NCBI GenBank assembly: GCA_032718475.1
Contig: JAUCBJ010000933.1
Coordinates: 24,055-88,054 of the forward strand
Reading direction: 5' to 3'
DNA: 64,000 bases
Source: Nemertoderma westbladi
Lineage: Eukaryota; Animalia; Xenacoelomorpha
Part shown: in pieces, positions 1-9,910 of the stretch
Numbering within the stretch: the first letter of the stretch is position 1
Layout of the letters: the number at the start of each line of letters is the position of its first letter
Position numbers and translations under genes: made by a program
Notes under the pieces: generated by a model
What the model was told of the DNA's origin: nothing
The model's database searches: none
Seen by the model: only the letters and a program-made list of their open reading frames with translations

Positions 1-1464
1 AACTGTTTCATCAACCTCAAGGACCTCAAGAGCAGGGATTGCTGCTTTATCAAGTTAGAGAAAGAATTCTACGAATCAGGCTAATCTTATCAGCCTTTGA
101 GGAGGCTTCTAAACAAAGACAAGACACGTCGTTGCAAGTCGCCGTAAAGACTTGGTTTCAAAGGGTGAATCTCCAGGTTCAAGGAACAGCTCAGTTGAAA
201 GCTCAGCTAGAGGAGCGATCAACCCATGGAGAATCAACAGACGCTACTTTTTCCCAAGTGGAAAGTGAAGCGACGGCAGAGAAACCGCATAAGAGGGATG
301 CCATTGACATCTATCTGTCGGACTATCAACGTTTTTTAGGTAATGACGAGTTGAGGAGAAGGTTAGAGGGACTTAGCCCTAATAGTGAAGGAACCAAGCT
401 TGTGTTGGATGCCATCGATGTGGAAATGAGAGCTGCGAATCAGGCTAAATTCGATGAACAACTCCGCATCGCTAGAGACCAAGAGGAAAGGGTTAAGAAA
501 AAACGTATAGAAGACAGAAAGGCAGCGGCAGTAGCAGCAGCAGTGGCATCGGCAGAAGCGGAAAGAAAGGCGGCAGTGGCAGAGGCAGAAGCGGGAAGAA
601 AGGCGGCAGCGGCAGAAGCCGAAGCGGAAAGAAAGGCGGCAGCGGCAGAGGCCGAAGCGGAAAGAAAGGCGACAGCGGCAGAGGCCGAAGTGGAAAGAAA
701 AGTGGCAGAGGCAGTAGCAGAAGCAGAACGGAGAGCGACTGAAGAAATCACCCAGTTAGAATTGGAAAACATTCAGGAGAATCAAGACTGCATAAATAAA
801 CAGTTAACAGCTAGCAATATGCAGATGATGAATCGATCTACTCCCAAACGACAGGGATATACATCATCTGAGGAAGGTGATACCACCGATACTGAAGGCA
901 AAGGAAATAGATCTCGTTTAAGCAGACGTAAAAGAACATTCCACCGTCAGAAATTGCCTGATTTGCCTCCAGCTGTTAGAAGGCAACTAAATAACACCAA
1001 CTTAGGTAGTACAGAGCCCACAGACCAAATAATTAAAATAGAAAGACTCCCTACTATAGTAGATGAGCCTGAAATAATTAGGCCTGTTCTTGAAATCACC
1101 CCTTTGGTGATAGACATACCTGTGCTCCCTGAGACTACCTCTAAATTCCCTTTGCATAGCACTAAGCTACCTGTGCCCCGTAGAACTGCCCCGGATACAG
1201 TTCAGGTCCTGGACCCCGAGCGAATTATTCATAATTTGTCGCCCGTTGTCCCTCGTCCGCCCGCTACAACGTTGGCGACTCCCGCTTCGGCGGTCGAATG
1301 GGTGGACGAGAGACGGCGGGGGATGGATATCCTGCTCGGGCAGATGCAGGAGACTGTCCAGCAATTCAAGGGCACAGTAAGGGAAAGTAGGCTAGAGTTG
1401 CAAGAAGTGCAGCAAAGTATCGCGCTCGAACGCGATACCCAAAGAGGTGAGGTCTCTATAGGGG
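1..1464 (+). CDS. 5' part of the BEL/Pao gag-region ORF (coiled-coil, Ala/Glu-rich); open to the window edge and apparently interrupted at 1465
   Basis: ORF 39-1544 stays open upstream to base 3. It is in the same frame as ORF 2424-8510 and has an 11-aa repeat (EAERKAAAAEA, about 5 copies). Membership of the BEL element is inferred from position and frame. Confidence 0.6.
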
Positions 1465-2408
1465 TGTCGCGAACAGGCGGCGGCGGGCTCGTGAGGGTCT
1501 GGGGGCACGTTAAATATTCGAGTATAGTGCAAGGGAGTTACTGAAGGCCCTCGTGTCTTGCGAACCATGAATTGACATGGTGCCGTGGTACCGTCTAGTC
1601 GGCCTGTTGCCGTACTGCCAGTCCTGTACACAGCAGGGGTGGTGGCATAGTGTGATCTGTGGTTTGTGTGTGTACGTAGTATACGTGAGTGTGTGTATGG
1701 CCACTGCGAGTGAGTGTGGGAAACCTTGCCGGTTGGTTCAGTCACCACCGGTTATTAGTAGGACCATATCTTTACTGCGCCCCAGCATACTTTGTGCACA
1801 CAAAGTTATTTTGCCCTGACGGCAAAATAAGATACTCTCGACTCTTTAACAGTCGATACAATTTTGTCCCCTCTGATTTTGTCCCCGATTTGGTCTATTC
1901 CCGATTATGTCTTCTGTGTGTGCATGGTATGTGTCCGATTTTGTGTCTACCGTAGTGTACTCGATTTCGTGAGCATCTATTGAGTACACGTGTACAGTGA
2001 CTGGTAAGTGGTGACTTGTTCTTAGCTTAGCTTTTAAGCTAGTCAGTATTGTTGGTGGAACCGACTTCCCCTCAATACTGCCGGCGAGGCGGGTGAAAAC
2101 GGTCAATATTCCATGCTGGGTAGCGCAAGCCCACATGGGACAAGACCGTCGGTTTGGCTCAAGGGCGACCTTGATGCTCGATCGCTATCGACTGGTCCAC
2201 CCGCCGGTTGACTCTCTGAGTTGGCTCAATGTACAGTCAGGCCACAGTAAGTTGACAGTAGGCGAACTTTGAGTCGCCGTTCGGCTACACACGACGAGCT
2301 GTGCCGGTGTGATCGGGGGATTGAAAATTGAACCCGGGAAGCATCGGGCTACCCTCCGGCCCGGTCTGATAAAAACGGAGTCGGACTGGCCCCAAGGGTA
2401 GTGGGACA
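1465..2408. mobile_element. Putative solo LTR inserted in the BEL gag region
   Basis: 944-bp block with no credible coding frame, bounded by TGTC(GC)...(GG)GACA, between two same-frame ORFs. The flanks GGGG/GCGT do not form a clean TSD. Confidence 0.45.
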
Positions 2409-2423
2409 GCGTCCGCCTCATGG

Positions 2424-5400
2424 GTGCGCCTCGGGGAGGAGCCCAGAAGGACGCAAGCGAAATTAGTAAACACACAAAGGGGTATACCACCACCCTCAGT
2501 AACAATGTGTCAACCTGTTAGGTCTGAAGTATCTCATGCGCAAGGTGTGGAGCCTACACGCATATATACTGCTAGCGAAGTCGAAACTCCTATAGTGAAC
2601 CCTATTAAGGGTAATTATATGCCTGTTGATAATGACATTCCCTATAGAGTTGATCATAATCCGAGAAATTTATATACCGATAACTCGATATTAAATAACA
2701 CGATGGCCCAAGAAAGTTTTACGCGTCAAATGGCTAGAACCGAAGCCCGGCAAGCGGTGAAGGTGGGAGAGATAGTCAAATTCAATGGAGATGAGATGAA
2801 ATGGTTACCTTTTAATGAATATTACAAAGATAACATACAGAACTCTGTACTATCTAATGGAGAAAAACTTAGATACCTCATCGAGTGCTTGGAAGGATCT
2901 CCCAAGTTAATGGCGTTAAAGTTTATTGGACATCCAGATGGATTAAGACAAGTTTGGGACACACTAAACATCAGGTATGGTAATAGGAATAATATCGCTA
3001 AGTATTTATATGCAAAATTAGTAGCGCCCAGAAAGTTCATCAGCAGTGGGATAATAGAGTTTTCCGATGAGATTCAAGAGATCTGTAGACAATTAGATTG
3101 GTTAGGTAAGTCTCATGAATACCAAAGTTCTATGGTCATTGGAGCTGTGGCTTCTACTTTACCGAAAGGTGGGGTAGGCACACGCTGGGATAAGAAAGTA
3201 CTATATATGATGGAACAACAACGACGAGACCCTACCATGGCTGATCTCATGTCATTCTTGGATGGAGAAGTGAAATTGCAACTCCTCAAGCAGTCCCGAG
3301 AGAAGACACCGGAAAACAAGGTAAGTGAAAAACCCGTCTCTAGGAGAAAGGTAACACCAGTGTGTTATACAGACGACGGCGAAAGCCAGACTTCTCAAGG
3401 AGAAGATAGCGGGAAAGACACTGATAGATCTTATTATGTCAATAAAATGCCTAAAGATCAGGTAAGTAAATTCAAGTCTCGAGCAAATGACAGGAGAGAA
3501 CCGATAAGAAAAACTCCTCCCACGTCTCCCAAGAGAATTCAGGTGAGAAAGCCCGAAGAAAAGGCAAGTGTACACAATGTGACTCAGAATAAGGTAAGTA
3601 ACATCAAACCGAAATGTGCGCTGTGTGACGGGACCCACCATTTGAATAGGTGTGATGAATTTCTAAAGAAATCATTAACGGAGAGACGCGAAGTCATGTG
3701 GGATAAGCGGTTATGTTATAATTGCCTCAGACAAGGACACCAACGGCGAACCTGTTTCTCTGACATAAGGTGTGCAAAGTGTGGTTCGAAACATCATATC
3801 TTGTTGCACGCTGAATTCGATCGAAATAGTCCGAATCAGGTAAGTGATTCCGAGCTACATGTTCAATTCAGTGATGTGAACGACACTGATCAATCTGAGA
3901 TGGAAGGATTCTATACAGACGAGTTCTCCGACGAAAACGAATCCTGTTACATGATAAATACCGCAGTGTATCGAGCACTCACATATGAAAAAGATACAGA
4001 CAACGACTTTACTCTAACTACTTCTGAGCGACAACCATCTTGGAAAGAGCCATCTTCCAATGTAGGGATCCGAGAGTTTCCTGTGGTGCAGGTAAGGGTT
4101 CACGGACCTAAACGGAGTTATGTAGTGAACGCCCTCCTGGACTCCGGCAGCACAGGAACATTCATCGACAAAGAGCTAGCCGAAGATATATTTGCTGGAC
4201 AACCCAAGTTCCAAACTAAGCTCAACATGTCCGGCATTATGCAAGTTTGGAAATCTACAATCACAGCGGATTATTATGTAGGAGCGTTGTCCACCCCCCA
4301 GGACGAACTAGGAGAACATAGCATAAGGTCAGTGAAAATGGTGGCTATAAAGAACTTCGCTACTACTCAAGCAGACCTTTATAATTGGGACGAGGATGAG
4401 AGCATCCAACATCTTAACATACCTCGATTCCAGACTGATTATCCTGGAGTACAAATACTCATCGGCCAAAACGCGCATGAGGCGCTGGAGACATTGGAGA
4501 AACGGCCTGCTCAACCACAGCCACTACAGACCTATGCGGTAAGAACTAGAGTAGGTTGGTACTTTACTGGCCCTTCCCGTAGAACACTCAAAGAAAGACT
4601 ACCGCAAGAGCGCGTCTGCCAGGTGAGTGAATGGGAAGATGATACTAGTGAAGGAGACGATTCACCTGAGGGAATTCCATACTCCTCAGATAACGACGAT
4701 GTTCACCAGCTTTTTGATGAGGAGAATACCATCGATCTTCTTAAGGAAAACGAGGCTTGGCAAAACCAAGTTAACTTATGTCAACTTCTCTATCCATCTG
4801 AACGAGAAGCTTATAACGACGAATTAAATGACGTCATTGAGCGTTGCAATGCCAAGACTCGAGATGAACATGCCGTAAGATTCTTTACGCAAGAGGCGGT
4901 AGAGCCCAATTCCTACGATAAAGCCTTGTCGGTGGAAGAGGAAAGGGCCAAGCAGATCCAAGAGACAACCACACGTTTCCTCAAAGATCAAGGTAGGTAT
5001 GAAGTCGGTCTACCTTTCCGCAAGAAAGAACCGAAGTTCATCAATAATAGACCCTTAGCGGAAAAAAGAATCGCGCAACTCCATCGACGCCTTACGGCTA
5101 ATTCTTCAGCTAAAGCAATGTATCAAACACAGCTGGAGAAATTTATTAGTAAGGGATACGCGGAGAGAGTACCGGAAGAAACATCTGTGACTGAAAGAAC
5201 GTATTACTTAACTCACCATTACGTTCCTAAACCCGGTAAGCCACACGAAGTGAGAGTAGTGTTTGATGGCTCCGCTCTTTACATGGGTCAATCCCTTAAC
5301 TCTGAATTGTTACCCGGACCCAACTTGCTTCAATCTTTGTTGGGAATTCTTTTAAGATTGAGACAATATTCGATTGCTTTCGCCTCCGATATAGAAGGCA

Positions 5401-8400
5401 TGTTCTTACAAGTCAAGGTGTTAGATAGAGATCGAGATAGTCTACGATTTCTGTGGTGGCCCGAAGGAGACCTCAACCAGAAACCGGTGGAGTACTGGAT
5501 GACCATCCAGGCCTTTGGGATAATCTCAAGCCCTTCCAACGCCTGTTCGGTAGTGCGTACTACTGCAGAGGACAACCGAGAGGCATTCTCTAAGGAAGTG
5601 ATCGACAACATCAAGAGAGACATATACATGGACGACAATCTGAAGTCCCTCCCATCAGTTGAGGAAGCCATTGATGTCGCTAAGGGAACGGTAGAGTGCT
5701 TAAAAAGAGGTGGATTTCGATTAACCAAATTCACCAGCAACTCCCGTGAGTTTCTGGAGTCGATCCCTGCGGAAGATCGAGGAGCGAAAGATCTCGATTT
5801 GATCAAAGATGATCTGCCAGAGACCAAGACACTCGGCTTGAAATGGGACACAGAGCGAGATATCCTGTTTTTCCAGCTAAAACAGCGAGATAATCCAGTT
5901 CGAACCAAACGGATTTGCTTAAGTATACTGAGCACTTATTTCGATCCATTGGGATTTATTAGCCCAGTTATATTGATTGCTCGAAGTTTGGTACAACAAA
6001 TGTGGCTTGAAAACCACTCATGGGACGATCCACTTAAGGGAGAATTATTGAAGAAGTGGATGGAATGGGAAGATTCTCTGCCGGCTATCGAAGATTTTAT
6101 AATTTCCCGTTCATATTTTGGTCATGTTCTCCCTACGTATTCCTATCAACTCCATGTGTTTGGAGACGCCAGCGATATGGGAATAGGTATAGTAGCCTAT
6201 CTAAGAGTGGAAACTCCGGAGGGAATCAAAGTCGCCCTGGTTACTTCTAAGGCATTAATCAACAACAAGTTGAAAGTTCCTCGAGCGGAGTTAAAAGCGG
6301 CTCTATACGCTACAGCCATCGGCCGGAATGTAACCGAACAGATTGACTATCCATTAGAGAAGACTGTCTATTGGACCGACGCTTTACTCGTGTTAGAGTA
6401 TATAACCAATGAAGTCTGTCAGTTCAGCGTCTTCGTTACCAACAGGGTAGCCATCATACTTAGTCGCACGACGATGGACCAATGGAGACATTGCCCCGGA
6501 ACGATTAATCCAGCAGACATCGCGTCCCGAGGAGCGACTCCAAAGGAATTGGTAAATACTCCCGAATGGTTAGGAGGACCCGACTTTCTCTACAGAGAAG
6601 AAGAAGAATGGCCTCCCCATCTCACAACAGCAGAGATCAGACAGGCCAAGGGAGCGGATAAAGTTAAACCCAAAACTCGAGCGAGTAAATCGAAGTTGTT
6701 TAAACCTGCGGTTCATCTATCTGTATTATTTACTTCCGGAGAGGATGCTTTGGATCAGAAACCCACCGCCACGGATAAAGAAGTCTTGGAAATCCGTGAC
6801 AAGGATTGGAAATCTGGAATACCAGATATCGCACAAGGACTCTCACCTCTCTTGCAGAGAGCGATACGTCACTACAGCTCCTGGAATCGGCTCTGTAAAG
6901 CCGTCACCTATTTAAAACGATGTTTTCATCATCGTTACTCCGGAACAAAGACCAATAGTGATGATGCTCCATCAACATCTGCACGAGTCCATGTTGTTAA
7001 AGATCTTCCTAAATACAAGATATCCGACAGGTTTCTAAAGGAGAAGATCAGTTACCAGGAGCATGATGAAACCAACAAACAGATGCTGAGACTCCTACAA
7101 TGCTATGAGGATTCCGATAAGTATTTCCTGTTGTTAAGAAATCCACAGATGCGCTTAAGGGATCGCTTCTCTAGTACCATGATAGATGGGTTAATACGTG
7201 TTGGAGGCCGGCTCACCAACGCCCCATTATCCTTTGACACTAAGTTTCCCATACTCATTAGAAATCTTGACATACAAATCAAGATGATTGTAGATGTTCA
7301 TAGCAAACTGTACCATGCTGGTAGAGAACGAGTTCTGAGCGAAATCCGAACTCGCTACTATTTTTATAAACCCCATAGGGCTCTGAACCAAGTTCTTAGG
7401 AACTGCATACCCTGTAGGAAAGCATTCAGTTTTCCTTTAACACAGCGAGAGGCAGAATTACCTAGGGAAAGAGTAAGCTTCTATGAACCACCCTTTACTA
7501 ATACCGGTGTGGATTTATTTGGCCCTATTGAAGTATATCGTGCCCGGACTATAGTCAAGAGATGGTGTGTCATCTTCGTTTGTATGACTTGTAGAGCTAT
7601 CCATCTCGATATGGTAAACGATCTATCCACCAACAGCTTCGTGTTGAGTTTACGACCACAGATCGCTCGCTTCGGAACCAGTAACACGATGAGATCGGAT
7701 AAGGGAACGAACTTCATTGGCGCCAACAACGAAATTCAAGCTTACGTAAAGGACTGGAACAAAAGACAGGTGGACGATCAGCTAAGGATAACAGCGTCTA
7801 GCTGGACCTTCAACGCCGCCGACGCCCCTTGGTGGGGAGGAAGTTGGGAGAGATTGATTAGGAGCGTGAAGACTGCGTTCCACTTTATTGTACCTTGTCG
7901 CGCTTATCTCACCGACGAACTATTGCGGACGTTACTGGAGGAAATCGCCGCCTATCTCAACGAAAGACCGCTTATGCCAGTCTCTTCAAATCCTGATTCC
8001 CTGGAAGCGCTAACACCCGCGCACTTTCTACTGAAGAAACCCGTAGCCATGCTCCCACGATCGGAGATCACAGATGGAGACGAGTACTGCCGTCGAACCT
8101 GGCAACTTATGCAGTTGCTATCCCGTCGTTTCGCTGACCATTTCGAGAAACATTACCTGCCCACTCTACAACTTCGAACTAAGTGGTTTGCGCAGCAAGA
8201 AAACGTCAGCGCTGGAGACATGGTGCTTATTGTGGACCCCGATCTCCCACGTAAGCGATGGCAAACAGGACGTATCATCGAGACTTATATCTCGAGCGAT
8301 GGTTTGGTGCGATCAGTAGAACTCGTCGTCATGCGGCGGAACTTTAAGAAACCAGGGATAGTCTTTGAGACTCAACAGCTCAATCGCCCAGTGGGTCGTT

Positions 8401-8510
8401 TATGTTTACTGGAAAGAGACAGAGAGCTCTCCGGAAACTATGGAAGGCAAGAAACTCTTCCCACGACCACTTCCCTAATCCAACCGACATCTAGGGACTC
8501 CCCAACTTAA
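2424..8510 (+). CDS. BEL/Pao LTR retrotransposon Gag-Pol polyprotein, 2028 aa, uninterrupted
   Basis: Three Zn knuckles (CALCDGTHHLNRC, CYNCLRQGHQRRTC, CAKCGSKHHILLH), protease LLDSGS, RT YMDD, Pao-type RNase H VFGDASD, integrase GVDLFGP/SDKGTNF/WERLIRSVK. Domain order PR-RT-RH-IN. Confidence 0.96.
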   Translation: MRLGEEPRRTQAKLVNTQRGIPPPSVTMCQPVRSEVSHAQGVEPTRIYTASEVETPIVNPIKGNYMPVDNDIPYRVDHNPRNLYTDNSILNNTMAQESFTRQMARTEARQAVKVGEIVKFNGDEMKWLPFNEYYKDNIQNSVLSNGEKLRYLIECLEGSPKLMALKFIGHPDGLRQVWDTLNIRYGNRNNIAKYLYAKLVAPRKFISSGIIEFSDEIQEICRQLDWLGKSHEYQSSMVIGAVASTLPKGGVGTRWDKKVLYMMEQQRRDPTMADLMSFLDGEVKLQLLKQSREKTPENKVSEKPVSRRKVTPVCYTDDGESQTSQGEDSGKDTDRSYYVNKMPKDQVSKFKSRANDRREPIRKTPPTSPKRIQVRKPEEKASVHNVTQNKVSNIKPKCALCDGTHHLNRCDEFLKKSLTERREVMWDKRLCYNCLRQGHQRRTCFSDIRCAKCGSKHHILLHAEFDRNSPNQVSDSELHVQFSDVNDTDQSEMEGFYTDEFSDENESCYMINTAVYRALTYEKDTDNDFTLTTSERQPSWKEPSSNVGIREFPVVQVRVHGPKRSYVVNALLDSGSTGTFIDKELAEDIFAGQPKFQTKLNMSGIMQVWKSTITADYYVGALSTPQDELGEHSIRSVKMVAIKNFATTQADLYNWDEDESIQHLNIPRFQTDYPGVQILIGQNAHEALETLEKRPAQPQPLQTYAVRTRVGWYFTGPSRRTLKERLPQERVCQVSEWEDDTSEGDDSPEGIPYSSDNDDVHQLFDEENTIDLLKENEAWQNQVNLCQLLYPSEREAYNDELNDVIERCNAKTRDEHAVRFFTQEAVEPNSYDKALSVEEERAKQIQETTTRFLKDQGRYEVGLPFRKKEPKFINNRPLAEKRIAQLHRRLTANSSAKAMYQTQLEKFISKGYAERVPEETSVTERTYYLTHHYVPKPGKPHEVRVVFDGSALYMGQSLNSELLPGPNLLQSLLGILLRLRQYSIAFASDIEGMFLQVKVLDRDRDSLRFLWWPEGDLNQKPVEYWMTIQAFGIISSPSNACSVVRTTAEDNREAFSKEVIDNIKRDIYMDDNLKSLPSVEEAIDVAKGTVECLKRGGFRLTKFTSNSREFLESIPAEDRGAKDLDLIKDDLPETKTLGLKWDTERDILFFQLKQRDNPVRTKRICLSILSTYFDPLGFISPVILIARSLVQQMWLENHSWDDPLKGELLKKWMEWEDSLPAIEDFIISRSYFGHVLPTYSYQLHVFGDASDMGIGIVAYLRVETPEGIKVALVTSKALINNKLKVPRAELKAALYATAIGRNVTEQIDYPLEKTVYWTDALLVLEYITNEVCQFSVFVTNRVAIILSRTTMDQWRHCPGTINPADIASRGATPKELVNTPEWLGGPDFLYREEEEWPPHLTTAEIRQAKGADKVKPKTRASKSKLFKPAVHLSVLFTSGEDALDQKPTATDKEVLEIRDKDWKSGIPDIAQGLSPLLQRAIRHYSSWNRLCKAVTYLKRCFHHRYSGTKTNSDDAPSTSARVHVVKDLPKYKISDRFLKEKISYQEHDETNKQMLRLLQCYEDSDKYFLLLRNPQMRLRDRFSSTMIDGLIRVGGRLTNAPLSFDTKFPILIRNLDIQIKMIVDVHSKLYHAGRERVLSEIRTRYYFYKPHRALNQVLRNCIPCRKAFSFPLTQREAELPRERVSFYEPPFTNTGVDLFGPIEVYRARTIVKRWCVIFVCMTCRAIHLDMVNDLSTNSFVLSLRPQIARFGTSNTMRSDKGTNFIGANNEIQAYVKDWNKRQVDDQLRITASSWTFNAADAPWWGGSWERLIRSVKTAFHFIVPCRAYLTDELLRTLLEEIAAYLNERPLMPVSSNPDSLEALTPAHFLLKKPVAMLPRSEITDGDEYCRRTWQLMQLLSRRFADHFEKHYLPTLQLRTKWFAQQENVSAGDMVLIVDPDLPRKRWQTGRIIETYISSDGLVRSVELVVMRRNFKKPGIVFETQQLNRPVGRLCLLERDRELSGNYGRQETLPTTTSLIQPTSRDSPT

Positions 8511-8528
8511 TATCGTTCGGAGTGGGCG

Positions 8529-9910
8529 TGTGACTCGATTATTTTATATTATATTATTATTTTTATATTTATGTATGTATTACTATGTAATTTTATTTTA
8601 ATCGTTTTATTTAATTTAGTAGAATATTATTTAGCGATTATTTTGTAGAATAGTGCAATATGTTCGTGTTTATTACGTACGTAATTACTTATATTATATT
8701 TAGTGAGACGGCGAAGAAATAATTATTTTTCTTTTTCCTTACTGCCCGTATTCTATTATAAATACGTAACTACAGTAAGATGAAATGTCCGTACTTATTA
8801 ATGTACAATAAAGCCACTACTATATTTAAGTATTATTGGTAGGCAGAGTATTAGGAATGCAAAGTTCAGATCCTCGTGTCTCGGCTAAACCAAGCTCTGG
8901 GTAGACCTTGGAAACGACTTGCCTCTTCACACTGACATTGCTTCGTGCGATATTGCTCTCATACCGTATATTAAATAATACATATAGTAGCGTGATGTCC
9001 CTTTAACAGTAGCGTATAACGCAAAATAAATCTGTTAAACCCTTTGACCATCTGTAATTCTAGTCGATTAAGATATCGCGGCACCCACCGATATACTTGA
9101 AAGACAAATTCTAGAATCAGTGGTTAACGTCCCCAGACAAGTTCTGGAATAAATCGGTGCCCATCTCAAATATTAATTATTTAATATTTACAAATCTAAT
9201 AAATCAAAATCTGTAAAATTCAGATCCTTCAACAATTCTAGTCAATTAAGATATCGTAGCATTTACCGATATTCTTAAAAAAGACAATTGTCATAGAATT
9301 AAGGATCTTGTGTCCCTAGACATGTTCTAGAATCAAAATATGTCCATTTAATTATCAAATAATAAAATTTCAGGGAATAAATTTAAATTCATGCCTTTTA
9401 ATGAATTTAATAAATTGCCATTTTTACGCAATTTATAAAGTTCCCAAAATTCCATTAATTAATAGATCAAGGGAGCGGAGATTTATCTTATCATGCGTAT
9501 GAGTGTGTGAAAGTCTCCCAAACATAGTCAATAGCCGATAAAATTCATAAAGTCATGTATAAAACAGAACATTGACTATTAAAGAATACTATTAAATAAC
9601 ATCCCAGATCTGTATGCATTGGAATTACCCTAATTCTACCGCTAGCTTTGCATAATGTCACCATAGCAACAACCACGCTAGAATTAGAATTGAGTTAAGA
9701 GAACAATAGAAAGCTTGTCCCATTGAATAGCATAAGGAATAAATAGTGCACTGATAGTATCCAAGGATACATAATAATACAGTGACATTCTGGAAGGCAT
9801 TGACTAACGGACAAATGGCCCGAATGTGTGTAGTTGTGACCAGTTGTGTGGTATTTGTGAGTTTATAGGTGAATGTTACTGCTAAAGTGTGTTTACAGTA
9901 GCTAGTCACA
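8529..9910 (+). mobile_element. Probable 3' LTR of the BEL/Pao element (~1.38 kb)
   Basis: Follows the purine tract GGAGTGGGCG; ends TGTGACT...AGTCACA form a perfect 7-bp inverted repeat; AT-rich; diverged internal duplication at 9056 and 9234. The 5' LTR is outside the window, so the right end is unconfirmed. Confidence 0.6.

Noticed and set aside
440-8319. Antisense and alternate-frame ORFs overlapping the BEL polyprotein (also those over the Penelope ORF)
   Set aside because: Shadow ORFs with no recognisable motifs.
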